Assembly (NCBI RefSeq): GCF_036321535.1
Contig: NC_087436.1
Location: 45,820,001-45,884,000, forward strand
Length of the DNA stretch: 64,000 nt
Direction of reading: 5' to 3'
Source: Camelus dromedarius
Taxonomy: Eukaryota
Shown here in pieces: positions 1 to 12,909 of the stretch. Each line of letters starts with the position of its first letter. The first letter of the stretch is position 1. The translations under genes and the position numbers were made by a program. The notes below the pieces were generated by a model. It saw nothing but the letters and a program-made list of their open reading frames with translations, did no database searches and was not told the DNA's origin.

Positions 1-371
1 CAAAGAAACTTAATTCTCAATTACAGTTTTCTTATCTGCGAAATAGGTACAATAGGAGTAAGCGCATATTATCTATTTAATGTGTTCCTTTCAATCAAAG
101 TTCAATCTCCACCATGCATTCTAAGTGTCTTTCAGCTTTCTTGAACTGCCCCTTACATACTACAGCACAGCTATTATAAGTCAGTTTACAGACCCTCCGT
201 AGACTTGACTCCCCAACCAAGCAGCAACCTCCGTATGACAGAGAGCTGCTAGACCTATCTTTCAGCAACTGGCTTCCAGTCAAACAAAAACTCACAACCT
301 CGGTTCCTCGACCCCGCTCCACCTCCCCCGCCTCCGCCCCCCAAGTAGACCAAGCTTTGAAACCGACATAC

Positions 372-597
372 AAACTACTTGTTCTGGAGGTCCTTGGTCT
401 TGGCCTTTGTTAAAGCCTCCGCGGCCACCCCCTCGTCCAAATCCTCCTCTGCCGCCGCCGCCGCCGCCTCTGAAATTACCGCCGCCACCGCCTCTGAAAT
501 TACCGCCGCCTCCACCTCGGAAGTGGTTGTTGCTGCCGCCGCGACCGAAGCCGCCACCTCGATTAAAGCCTCCACGACCTCCGCCTCGGAAAGACAT
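372..597 (-). CDS. GAR1: GAR1 first coding exon (N-terminal Gly/Arg-rich domain of the H/ACA snoRNP protein); gene continues off the left edge
   Basis: Translates as MSFRGGGRGGFNRGGG...FNKGQDQGPPEQVV, the GAR1 N-terminus. Acceptor TTTTTCTCACCAG precedes position 609. Phase-1 donor GTATGT at 371-366. Confidence 0.96.
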
Positions 598-1650
598 GCT
601 CGCTCCTACCTGGTGAGAAAAACAGTGCGTGCCTTTCGATCATTGTGGCCTCCTGGGTACAGCGCCGAACCCCTCTGAGCTTCGGTCGGAACACCATAAA
701 AGGGGACATAATAATAATAGCAACCCTGCCACCTCACCCACGGCCAGGCCGCCAGTGACGAGCCCGAAGAGTGAGTGTCACCTCCCCATAGCCCTGTGAG
801 CTCGGACCAAGCACTCACTAGCCGCGTCGCCCCCGGTTAGTATCTCCTCCCCCACCAGGCAGCAAGGTCCTCGGTCGCATTCCCTCCCGCCCTACGCTGG
901 GTTCCGTGTCCAGCATTCTCAAATCTCCCAGCCCTCTCCCGCCACTCACCGGCGCCACGTGCACCTCAGTCCCGGGTACGCACACCCACCCGCCCGGTAC
1001 TTCCGCCGCACGAGAGCCTCCTCGGCCACCGTACCGGCACAAAGCGGGGGGTGAGGAGGGGGGGACCGACTAAACAGTCGAATAACTGGGTTACAAAACC
1101 AGCCGGCCACCGGCAGAACCAGCAACGCTGTCACTTTTCCGAAACAACGTTCAGCGCTGTAGGAGTATCAATAAGATCTAATTTCAACCGCTAACGTAAG
1201 ACAGTTACGTCTACTTGCCTACCGCGAGCAAAGGAAGTGACGTACAATAGCGGCGTCTTTTACCTTAGGGCGCTGCAGGAAGTGCCGCCGCGGGGTTGCC
1301 CTTGGAGATGGCTGGCGTCAGGGACCGCCTCTCTCCCAGCAGCCCGGCGGGGTCCTGGCAGGAGCGGATTGGCCGTGCGTTCTGGCTTCTCAGGTTGCAC
1401 TGCGGTCCCGGCGCTCGTCAGTTGGTTGCCAGCTCCTGCAGCTGTTCCGCCCGAAGCTCTGAGGAGTTTCGAGCCGCGCGCTGGCGGGAGGTGGGTCTGG
1501 TTGCGTCGGAACTCAGTGGAAGAGAATGTCTGCGTTCTTTCGAGTCGCTTGTTTCTTCCGGATCGTTTGAAGTACGCGCAATTGTGGGCTGTCCTATGCT
1601 GTCGATTTGTCCTACGGTTTCACTAAAGGGAAAAAAAAATGCGTGCGTGC
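400..1650. promoter_or_regulatory. CpG island, probably a bidirectional promoter for GAR1
   Basis: High GC and CpG density. ETS sites in both orientations (999-1005 minus; 1233 and about 1278 plus). Overlapping ETS-CRE GGAAGTGACGT at 1233-1243. Confidence 0.85.
950..1010 (-). other. GAR1: Probable non-coding exon 1 of GAR1 (5' boundary approximate)
   Basis: Minus-strand donor CCG|GTGAGT at 950/949 inside the CpG island. ETS motif CGGAAGT at 999-1005 and E-box CACGTG at 956-961. Confidence 0.6.
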
Positions 1651-3639
1651 ATATACTTTTAAAATACTATGTTATCTGACAGAAAGCTGATTATATATTT
1701 TTATCTTTCGTACCAGATAGTTTATTCTTCTGTCAAGTACGTTTTCAGCACCGATAGGCTGTACACTGTCGATACTACAAGCCCCTCTCCCCTTCTGTCT
1801 TTAAGCCTTTAGTATCTGACTTCCGCTAAAACTTTTCTCCCAAAAAAAGCTAGCCATCTCCCATTTATTAAATTTGGTTGGTCTCTTTTCACTCGAATCT
1901 TCTGAGACCTTACTTTAATATTTAACACAGTCAACCGCTTCTTTGAAAGAGGGTGGGGATTGGTACCTTTTTCAGAGGGTTATTTTCATATTGGAAGAAC
2001 TTCGTAAACCTAACTGCGGAAATGCTAGGAATCACAATATGTCCTCTCACTAAAGTATAAGTTTCTTGAGAAAGCACCTAACAGTAATATAGAAAGGAAA
2101 TTTGATCAATGAATTTTTATTCAGATTTGTCAAATGTACTTTAAATTCTATACATCATACAGAGGAAGAGTTATTCATAACTGCCCTGCTCTGTTTTGCT
2201 TTGTTGATGTTCAGTGTTTTCTCTCCCTTTGATACTCCACTGTTGTCTCCAACTCAATGTGATGAAACCACTGAATTTTTATGGGACTTTCGAGATTACA
2301 TGGTGCCCCTTTATTTTACGTGTAAGGAATTGACATTCAGAGAAGCGAATTGACTTCCTCAGCTAGTTAGAAGGACAAACTAGAACCATAGATTCTCACA
2401 GTCCTCAGTCCTTTTCTGCACCACCACCCACAATCTCATTCCTTCCTCTTTCCAAGTTACTCATCATTCCAATTCCCTGTTTGTCCTCATGGTAGCATCA
2501 TACTCTTGGTTTCCGAATCTGTGGACTGAAACCTTTGAGCACCCTCCTTCTCTACCATCATTGTCACCATCCCACCCAGCCTTGGTTGCAGTCTCTCTTA
2601 TTTAAAGATATCAATTTCTATTCATTCATTCTAAAGTAGCTTTGTACTGTTGTTATAAGCCTCCTGTTGTCTCTGTCACACTTTCCTCTGTTATTCCTAC
2701 CCTGAATCACCCAATATAATCTACAACTCGAAACTCCAGAAATAATTACAGAGAACTACAACATCCTCACATTCTGAGCATCTTTGTTGCCTCAAAATAA
2801 ATGATTCTGGTCTTAACTTTTCTTCCATCTGTACTGCATATGATGACATACTGAACTTATTAAGTTTCCTCATACCAAAGCCATTCTCAGGACCCCAAGT
2901 AATTCCCCATTTCCTTTAGCAACAACTCTAAGATAAAATTTCTCCATTGATTAAACTTTCTATATAATTAATTTTATTTCACTCCAGCTATACACCATTT
3001 CTCCACCCCATCAGGCCAGCATCATGATCTTGCTTCTCTTTCTCTGCCATTGTAGAACACTTCCTTCTTGAAAAATCTCTATTTCCCACCCACTAGATCA
3101 GCCTTTTTCTATCTTTTTTACCCTGGAGGAACCATTGAAGTAATTTTTATGTCAGAAAATCCTGCATACAAATTTTATATATATGTGTATCACCATCTTG
3201 TTATGTTAACATGATCAGCAGTTTATAGACATGTAGACATAATAATCCAATGATAATTGTCTATGCTCTTTTTTTCAGCTGTGGTAAAATACACATAACA
3301 TAAACTGTACCACATTATTAATTTTGAAGTGTATAGTTCAGTGGTTCACATTGTTGTACAACTCGGTGCTCTTTTGAGTACAGAATGGTGTTTTTCCATG
3401 AATCTGTTTATTTTTGTCCAACTTATTAGCCTACTGTATGTAGTTTCCCCCTTCTCACAAAGGATATCAATTCTTTTTTTTAAATTGAAGTATAGTTGTT
3501 ATACAATATTATATAAGTTACAGGTGTACAATATAGTGATTCATAGCTTTAAAGGTTATATTCCATTTATAGTTATTATAATAGGATATCAATTCTGATG
3601 CAAAATAAGTGGGAGAAGAAACTTCAAATTTTCATTTAA

Positions 3640-5600
3640 TTTAGTAGATTGCAATTTGATTTTAATGAATATTAATCTCTTCCTATATGTGTATGAAAGT
3701 ATTATTTTTGAAACTAAAAAAAATGGTATTTACCTGCTTAGTATGAAATCTTTGCTTGTCTTTTGCTGTGTATATAGTCAATTCTGAGTTGATCTTGAGA
3801 CTGGCATACACAGATTTCATTTTCAACTGAAATGAGATGATTTCTGTCACTGTTCTTCATGCTCATTCAGTAAGAAAAAGCTTGCTCACACAGGAAGTTG
3901 GAATGATAAAATGTTTATTACTTTTGTATGAATGGTAGGTTGCTTTCACAGAAATCCAGCACTTGTAGAAGGGCAAGTCAGTAAATTTCATCTTACATTT
4001 ATAACCATAATCTCACAAACTCTTCCTGTTCTGCAATTCCTCCAGGTGGTTTGATCTCAACTTGAAATTTGCTCTCTCTCCAAGTACAAGCAGCAGCAGA
4101 AACATTTCGGCGATTCCTATTGCCATATGCTTTTTCCAAAGATTCAGTTTCCATTTAAAACTAAGAATCTTGTCACTTGATATAAATATTTTCTCCAGGC
4201 CCTCGTATTCCCACAGTTCACTTTTCAGCTCAAACATCCTGTTAACCAAAATCAATACTAGTTTCTCTCACTGTGTAACAAATTACCCCAACATTTAGTG
4301 GCTTGATACAATAAACATTATCTTGCATAATCTCTGTAAATCAGAAACTCAGGAGCAGCTTAGCTGGATGGTTCTGGCTCCAGGTCTCATGAGGTTGCAG
4401 TCATGATGTTGACAGGGGCTAGAGACATCTGAAAGCACAACTGAGGGTGGAGGATCAATTTCTGAGGTGGCTCACTCATGTGCCTAGCAAGCTAATACTC
4501 TCTGTTGCCAAGGACACTCAGTTCCTTGCCACGTGGGCCTCTTTACAGAGTACTTAAGCATTCTCACAACATGGCAGCTAGCTTCCTCCAGATCCAGTGA
4601 TCTCTTAAGTCATAAGATTTTATGTATATGGCAGATTTATTTGGTCTTTTGTCCAGGTATTCACATAGTTTTTTAAATATTCTCAAGTAAACTGGCCTTT
4701 GACAAGTTTAATCATTTTTGTAGCATCATCCAGAATTCTTTTCATTTCAGCTCCAAAAGTTTCTAACACCAGCACCTCTCTAGGAGGAGAGCAGTGTGTT
4801 GTGAATACATCAGGATTTTCTCTTTTATGAGAGTGAACCCTCTCAGGGAACAATGCTCAGATCATTGACAGGGCACCATCAGTGCAGATGCCAACTCATT
4901 TCCTCCAAGATGTACCTTTTGTTTCCAATATGAAGACAAAACAGTAAATGTATCTTAGCCTTTGCTTGTTTGGGGCAGCATTTTATAGCAGAAAAATTTT
5001 CTCGAATTTCACCACAATTTACATATCGCACAGGTGCTATCCTAAGACATTTGTTGTTGAAATCTGTTGATTTATCAACCTGAATAAAAGTTGTTTTTTG
5101 GCTTATTATACAAAAATATCTTTAGCATCATGTAATATGTCATCAGTTATATCAATTTATTGAAATTTAAGAGTGAAACCTGTTTAGTTTCTCATATTAT
5201 GTCTTGTTCTTACATTTTACTCTCTATAAATCTACATACTAGAATTGTGATGTTCTTACCAACTTTGGAACTTTTTTCCCTTTGTTAGTCAAAAGGTTCT
5301 GCCACTTAATAACTTACTTTTCTAAAAGGTGACTTTTTTAAAACAGATTTTTTACTCTGGGGTTCCAAAGGCCACTTGAAATTATTTGCTCCTTTACTGT
5401 GTTTTTTTGTTTGTTTGTTTGTTTGTTTTTGTCTTTTCAATTTTGCTGGAGCCATTGCTGCATTTTTAAGTTGTGATTCTTTTTTACTATCAGAATTGCC
5501 TAGAATTCTTTTTCATCGTTCACTCTGTCTTCAAAAATCACAGCATTGAACTCTTAAGTCATGTTTGTAAAACGGGTGCTAACAAAGTGTAAAACAAGCA
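3640..5600 (-). mobile_element. Degenerate hAT (Charlie-like) DNA transposon with transposase remnants
   Basis: Minus-strand fragments IQVDKSTD (about 5060-5090), VGICTDGA (about 4870-4895) and SDKILSFKWKLNLW (ORF 4013-4255) resemble hAT transposase motifs. Many stops and frameshifts. Confidence 0.75.
4258..4605. mobile_element. MLT1-type MaLR LTR fragment inserted in the hAT element
   Basis: TGTGTAACAAATTACCCCAA...TTAGTGGCTT...GAGCAGCTTAGCTGGATGGTTCTGGCTC is typical of MLT1, and it interrupts the transposase frame. Confidence 0.75.
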
Positions 5601-6634
5601 AATTATGCAAGGAAATCACAAAAGAAAAATGAGATCTCTATAATACAATTCATTTTTTACGTACAAGCTCCATCCATGCATTACGTTTAGTTGATATGTC
5701 TCTTAAGTTTCTTTTATTCTGTATCAATTTCCTTTCCCTATTTTTTGTCATGGCATCTATTTGTTTTATCTTATAGAATTTCCCATCTTCTTGGTGGTAT
5801 TAACCATGTTTCTCTATCCTCTGTGTTTTCTATAAACTGATAGTTGACTGGTAGTGAGAACTGGGGAATTGATGATGTTGAGATTCAATTTTTTTTTTTC
5901 AAGAACACTTCTTACACCATCACATGGGGAGGCATATGACATCTGTTGTTTCTTCTTGGCAACGTTAAGATGTTCAGTGGAATCGGTATGTCACCCTGAT
6001 CCATCTGTTAGAAATTTCCCTGCCAGCTTTAAACCTGATGGTTTTAGCAGCTATTGATCCTCACCTGGATTCATCCACTCTTGAGGGGTTGCAAAATGGT
6101 GGTATGCTAATTTTATCATTACTTCAGCAGTTATTAGCTGAAATAAAGAATTTTTCTTCATTATTTTTAAATATTTATTTTTATTTAAATCCTTTGTTAT
6201 TATTGTCCTTTTTAAGGCTTAAATTATTTCATCTTTGGCTTGTGAGAACTCCTTCAAGTTCGGTCCTATGTCTTTTAATATCACTTACTAGCCTCTGATA
6301 GCTTCCTTACTTTCTGATACAAAGTGCCTCTACCTGACATATCTTATACCTTTCATACTCCAGCCCTTTCTTTAAGGAGCCTTTTTTTTCTTTTAATAGG
6401 AGATGGTATGTAAAGAACACAATCTGGCACTAGGGGTGGTCATGACTTCTGTGCCTTATCAGTGGAGACAGGCAGTACTTACTTTTAGAAAGAAAAAAAA
6501 ATTATGGTTCACTGTCAACATCCAATTCAAAGTTGAGACTAAAAGGTTTTTGCTTCTTTGAATTTAAACGTGTGCCTCTCCTACCCTGAAATTATGACAT
6601 TAACATAATTACTTATTTACTTGCACCTATGTGT

Positions 6635-7145
6635 TGCAGCAAAGTGTGTTACAGCTCAGTGTTTCAGCTCAGTTGTGACAGAGACCTGGATCCGGGCGAG
6701 AGACCAAGCAGCACTTGGAGAGTTGGAGAACTCAGGTTTATTACACCGGCAGGCCCAGAGGAGTTAACACTCCAAGCTCTGGACCCCATCTGTAGGTTTA
6801 CACAGGCTTTTATTGGCTACCAGTCTAGACTTTGCAACATTTTGTAACATCATATGCAAATAAGGTATAACAAAGGTGACTAATTAGGAACAAGCTTTGT
6901 AGAAATGGACCAATCAGGAGTGAGGGAAATGGACCAGTCAGGAGTGAGGGAAATGGACCAATCAGGAGTTAGCTCAGGGAACCAATAGAATCTTAGGGAT
7001 AAGTTCCGCTTTCCTAGAAGTAAGACATTTCAGAGTTTAAAAAGTGAGATAATGCCTCAGGGCCAGGGAACCGAATGGTTCTTGCAGGAGGGTAGTGGCC
7101 CTGCCTGGGGGTCCTGCCATCTTTTTCATGGGGCTTCCCACCTCA
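6635..7145 (-). mobile_element. Solo ERV1-class LTR
   Basis: TG...CA termini with 4-bp flanking GTGT (6631-6634 and 7146-7149). Minus-strand AATAAA near 6738-6743. Repeated CCAAT boxes. Confidence 0.8.
6902..6973. repeat. 3 x 24-bp tandem repeat within the LTR
   Basis: GAAATGGACCAATCAGGAGTGAGG / GAAATGGACCAGTCAGGAGTGAGG / GAAATGGACCAATCAGGAGTTAGC. Confidence 0.9.
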
Positions 7146-7959
7146 GTGTACATATGTGTGTGTGTGTGTATAAAAATTTGTCAAATACATGTTAATGTTA
7201 TTATTAAATAGACTGTTGAATCCCACTTAAGATTTTGTTCATATCAGTTTGCTCATGTTCCGTTTAGGATTTTTGCACCTATAATCATAAATGAGATTGG
7301 TCTTTATTTTTCTTTTTATTGTGCAGTACATACTGGTTGTGTTGATTCTGACTGCAGAGCCCTGTGTGGATGACTGTGTAGGAGAAGTTGGGGTGGGATG
7401 TGAAGCCTAGGGAGCTTGCTTATGGCTTGTTTTTTAAGTGCAGAGATTGCCTGAACCTCGTGAAGTTGCATGTGCCTAGAATGGTTCTTTGCCTCTCCTG
7501 CCCTAGTGTCCACTCCAGGGTCACTGGGTTAGTACATGCACTGCAGGGAGCCTTCTGTAGGCTTTATCCTGGAGCACACGCTGAAGTAAGTTTCCCCGAG
7601 AATGGAATGCTGGCTCAATTGTTTTGCCCTTTATTTAATTGATCACCTAGTCTATCGCTTCTATCATATTGCACTGTCTTTATTTTGTTGTCTCCCTTAT
7701 TCTGGATATGTTTATTGTCACCTATATCAGTTTAACATTTCTTAAAACTCCTTTAAGTTTCGCAGTTAATCTCTTCCTCTCTATTGTCTATATTCCAGTA
7801 AATCTTCACTGTTTGTATCCTGTTGGTAGAATCCCTCTTTATTTTTTGATGATGCAATGGAATTATTTTTATATTTATTTTCACTGAAATTCTGAGGGAA
7901 GAGATAGAAACTATATAGAATGTCAGGCATTGTGACCCATCCATTACACTTTCTTTTTG

Positions 7960-8900
7960 TTAAGTACTGACAAATAGGAAAGTCATTTCCTTATATTGAT
8001 TTTGTATCCAATCACTTTAATAAACTTTGACATTAGGGCTAGTGGTTTTTCAGTTATCCAAGTAGACAGTCATTTCACCTGCAAATAATGGCAGTTTTGT
8101 CTCTTCTACTTCAATATTTATAAATGTTTCATGTTTATTGCTTCCAATAATAACAACAGTATTGAAATATGGCATCCTTGGTTTTATTCCAGACTCCAGT
8201 AGGTTTGGCTCTAGTGTTTCAGCGTTGTATGTGGTGTTTACTATTGGTTTCTACCCTTTATCAGGTTAATGATATTTGTTCTTTCCTTAGATTGTTCATT
8301 TTTTAAGAATTAGGAATTGGCATTCAGCTCATATCAAATGCCTTTTCCATATCTTATGGTATAGTTATACAGATTCTCTTATTTAATCTATTATTTTAAA
8401 TAATTAAAGATTTTAATATACTGAATTACATTAATAGATATCCTAATGTTGAACACCCCCGTATTTCTGAAATGGTCCCCACTTAATCATGATATGTTAT
8501 TCTTTTACTATATTGTAGTTTATGACATATGGTTTGCTAATATTTTATTTAGGGTCATTGCATGTATATTAATAATCAGATTAATTAATAATTATTATTA
8601 AGATTAGCTTATATATTTCTTTCAGAGGCTCACTCAGTTTTAGATAAGTGTATCAGATTATTGCTAATAAGTTGGAGAGCTTTTTATCTTTTTCTGTATT
8701 CTGGAAAAGTTTAAATAACTGAGGAATGATCTTTCTTAAAACAGTAAAACTTAGTATCTTTGGAAGTTTAAAATCTAACTTTTCTATTTCTTCTTAGCTA
8801 TTAATTTATTTGAACTTTCTCTTTCTCTCTGAGTCCTGATAATTCTGTTTTCCTTGAAATTTTCTTCTAGCTCTTCAGATTATTTGATAAATTGCACATG
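7960..8900 (-). mobile_element. Old L1 ORF2-region fragment
   Basis: T-rich antisense L1-like sequence, e.g. ATATTGATTTTGTATCC, CATTTCACCTGCAAATAATG and TTTGCTAATATTTTATTTAGG. Boundaries approximate. Confidence 0.65.
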
Positions 8901-9799
8901 ATACTATCATTTAAGGTTCTAAGTGACAAGCCATGAAACCTACTCTAGCTAACTTTAGTAAAAGAAAATTAATTTGGAAATTATTAGATGTTCACAGTAC
9001 AGAAGGAGGCTAAGCATCTAGGCTTAAGAATTAACGGCACTTAACAAAGCCAAAAGGAATCAAAGGAAGCTTATCTTATAGCTGAAAATGTCTGACTGAT
9101 AAATTGCTACTGCTGCAATAAATAATTCACAACTGTTTCTTTTGACTGAAACACCAGAGAGGGAGACTCTTTGATCAGTCCCTGGGCTATAAAAGGGAAT
9201 GGAAAGAGGCTAGATATAGATTTCTCAACTGCCACTTGGAAAGCAGATGGTTCTCCCACCAAAACAACTCACAGAAGAAAGATAATTCCACACAGAAAAT
9301 TGGGAACCTATTATAAAGATCATGGATGTTGGCAGCCCCTAAGAATGTCCGTTTCAATAGCTTTCCTCTAAAATTGTTTTACTCTCTCTTTTTAAAATTA
9401 TTTCTCAAAATGACTCATTTTTTTAATCAAATCTACTATTTGACTTTCTGATTTATTTACTATTGCTTATGTCTTTACTATTTTCTTTATATCATTTTGA
9501 TTTTTAATTGTTTTTAATAGTATCCTGAGTTACATGTATGTTCATTTTTTTCAGTGCTTTTTTTGTTATAAAAATTTTAATATAATTTGGATATATAAAT
9601 TCTTTTCTTTTTGTTTTTTTCTATTTTTTCTAAGCTTAGAAATTCCACCACCTACCTAAAGTTTAATATTTGTTTCAATTAAATTCCTTTTAGAGATAAG
9701 AACCTTGATTCTAGTTTTAGCAGTACTATAAAGTATATCAATAATAATTTGATCAGAAAAACCAAAACCACTAAGTATTTTAAGCAGAAAAGAATATCA

Positions 9800-12494
9800 G
9801 AAACAGTTTCCATTCACATGGGATGAACAACAGTATACATTTATAGTTTTTTCACAGGTCTTTTCTCCCAACTTCTGTCGTAATAAAGTCTGAAGAGATC
9901 TGGCTATCATCTGGACTTCCTGTAAAACTACACTGTTTTATTACACTGATAGCATTACCTCAATCAGAGCAGATAAGCAAGTGGCAGCTAGTATGCTGAA
10001 TAAGACACAGAGAGCAGGAAAGAAATCCTAGCACATAGTAAAATTGTAGGAAACCAGTTCTCAAACCTTCCAGAACACCTTCTGTGAAGTAAAAACCAAA
10101 TTATTTTGTATTGTATTTCATTTCACAAGGAAGCATGAAACTTAGTGAGCCTTTTGGGGATACTCCCTTGGGGGAATAGTTGATTTGGGAGCAAATATTT
10201 CATACAGAAGAATACTGCTCTGGCTACCAGAGCAGGAAAGAGTTCTGCAGTAATCCAGCAAACCCTACGGTATTAGGGGTATTGGTGGTGGGAAATAACA
10301 TTGCAGAGTATTTGAGGAAGACCCAGTGGGAGAACTACAATTCAGGACACTGGGGTTCTGGAACAAGGCCATGCCATCTGCAGCAGAGAATTATTTTCTT
10401 TTTGAGAAACAACCTATGCACTCCTGGACCCTGGTAAACGTAGACTAACTGAACATGATACTGTGTTACCATGTGGCAGAAATGGCCATTATGAGCTGGG
10501 TCCTATTAGCACAAGTTTGAGTAGGTCTAGCAAAAACATAAGATCAAAGTGTTACATCTGAAACCAAATACAAACAGGACCAAAGGACACAAGCAAAGTA
10601 CATGATCAGGTGGCCCAAATTCCCCCTTTCCCCCGAATCCAAACTGTTGCACCTCTGTCCCTCCATTAGCTCACACCTATGGCTCTATGGGAAATCTGGT
10701 ATGACCAGATGAAGGAGAAGGGAAAAGTTTGTGTTTGGTTTACAGTTGGGTTGGCTCAGTGTGTAGTTGCAACCCCAAAATAGCAGCTGCATTACAACCA
10801 CACTTAGTAATGGTTTTTGAAAGACAGTGGTGAAGGAAAGTCCTCCCAATGGGCATAGCTTCAGGTAGTACACCTGGCCATCCGCTTTTTTGTGTGAAAA
10901 AATAAGTGGCCCGAGGTTAGACTATCTATGGAATCACAGCAATAGTGATTGCCTGATCATCTTTTTTCCTAGAATGAAAAATATTCAAACATTATGATCA
11001 GGAAGGTCTGGTGTAGGGATATGTGGATGTACATATAGAAGGGGGTGAAGTGTAAAAATCTTTGTATCCCCTGTTAACACCCACCAGCAAATAGCCACCA
11101 GAGAAAAGTCACTAAGTAACCAACAAAATGACTCAGCCAGTTAATATCAGCCAACCTCAGTCATCAGCCACCACAGTACTAGCATGATGGCCACCAGCAT
11201 AAAGTGGCCGTGGTAGCAGGGATGGAAGCTACCCATGAAGCCAACAACACAGACCCCAAAGGTTTATTTAGCTACTAACATCAACAAATATCCAGTCTAA
11301 CAGCAACAGAGACCAATGCAGAGCCCCCAAGATGGTACAACTCGTCAAGGATACCAACTAGCCACTTGGTAAATTATCACAGTCGGTTTTTTCAATCTTA
11401 AAAGACCCAGTGGTACATTCTCACAGGAATAGACATATATTACAGGTGAGGGTGTCCCTTTCCAGCCTGCAGGGCCTCAGGATCATAAGCCAAAGGATTA
11501 CAGAGTATTTAATCCTCCAACAAAGGATTCCATATAACATCTTGCCAGACAAGGGGACCCACTTTATAGCAGAGGAGATGGGAGAGTGGGCCTATGACCA
11601 TGCAGTCCACTGGTCATATCACATACTGCACCACTCAGAAGCTGGCAGCCTCATAAAGCATTGGAGCAACTTGCTGATTACTGAGCTGGGGTGCTACTTA
11701 AGGCAATACTCTGTGAAGACAGTGCTGTCCTCCAGGAAGCAGTATATGCACTGACTCAAAGGACCTTCATAAAGCACTGTATCCCCAGTGGAGAGAAGAC
11801 ACAGCTCTGGGAGCAAAGGAACAGAAGCAGGAATGACCACACTTACCATCACTTCCAATGACCAACTGGAGGCCTTGTGCTCCCTGTCCCCACAACTGCA
11901 TACTCTGCAAGGCTAGAGGTCTGTTCTCCAAAGGAAGCACCCTTTTGTCCTGGGGCACAGCAGGAATCCCACTGAATTGTAAGCTCAGCCTTCTGCCTCC
12001 TGCATTGTCGTGCTGAGCTGCTTGTGTCTAGGGACCAGTAGGGAAGAAGAGGAGTGCCCCCTACCTTGATAGGAATAACTGACTCGGATCATTCAGAGGA
12101 AGTAGGGCTGCTATTATACAATGAGGGCAGGGAGGAATGTGTGTGGAGCCATGTGAGCTAGTCTGGTGCCTCTTGTGATGGTAAAGGGATAGAAATAGCA
12201 ACTGTGGTAACCTGGGGCTCAGACCACTCCTGGAAGAGTCATGCCACCAGGTCAGCCACCAAGGCCAGCAGAGGTGGAAGCTCAGGATGAAGGGAATCTA
12301 GAACGGACAGGAAGGAGGCAGAGGATGAATATCAACTGCAGCCCCAAGCTCCATAGCAAGGGCGAGGCCACAGTCCCCCACCCACCCACCGCCTGCAACC
12401 ACTCTCTCCTAAATTACCTCTCAGGAAGAGAGGCCTACTGCGGTTGTGAAGGAGCCACCTTGAAGCCTATACGGAAAGTCGATCTAAAAGGTAC
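9800..12494 (+). mobile_element. Degenerate ERVL-class internal region (pol: RT, RNase H and integrase remnants)
   Basis: ORF 11410-11754 contains DKGTHF...HWSYHILHHSEAGSLI, like the ERVL integrase core. A WFT-G RNase H-like motif lies near 10736 and an RT-like remnant near 9940. Confidence 0.8.
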
Positions 12495-12909
12495 TGAAAG
12501 ACATGGAGATGAATTTCCCAGAGCCCCCTCCAAGGAAGGTCTGGCAGCCTGGCTGTGACGAATATGGTCAGCAGACGCTTCCTTCTGTCAGATCCTTCGG
12601 GGTCTGCCTCAGCTACAGAGACCCACCTCACCTAAGGGCATGCCTTTCCTGGGCCACCCTCACCAGGTGACTAAGCAAGGTGGGCAGAATCCAGCCATTT
12701 CTGCCTGCCCAGGGATACTGTGACAGGCCACACTCACTGCAGAGCACCCCACGAGCTGGCCAAGGCTTCGGACCTGCACTGCAGTCTGATTTCTCTTTCT
12801 GCTCATTCCTGCTGCTTCTCCCCTCCTTTCCCAGGAGTTGATTCCTGATAAAACTATCTCCCACCCCAAGCTCTGTCTTACATGTGCTTCAGGAGAATCC
12901 AAACTGACA
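12495..12909 (+). mobile_element. 3' LTR of the ERVL element (LTR16-like)
   Basis: Follows the internal region and ends ...TGCTTCAGGAGAATCCAAACTGACA, typical of LTR16-family 3' ends. Confidence 0.7.

Noticed and set aside
375..678. Pro-rich and Ala-rich ORFs overlapping GAR1 (407-616 +, 379-678 +, 375-575 -)
   Set aside because: Shadow frames of the GGC-rich GAR1 exon with non-ATG starts.
6902..6973. Regularly spaced repeats as a CRISPR-like array (also 56270-56332)
   Set aside because: Contiguous tandem units with no unique spacers, in mammalian DNA with no cas-like genes.
11410..11754. 114-aa integrase-like ORF as a domesticated gene
   Set aside because: GTG start, degraded catalytic motifs, and the surrounding pol sequence is full of stops and frameshifts.
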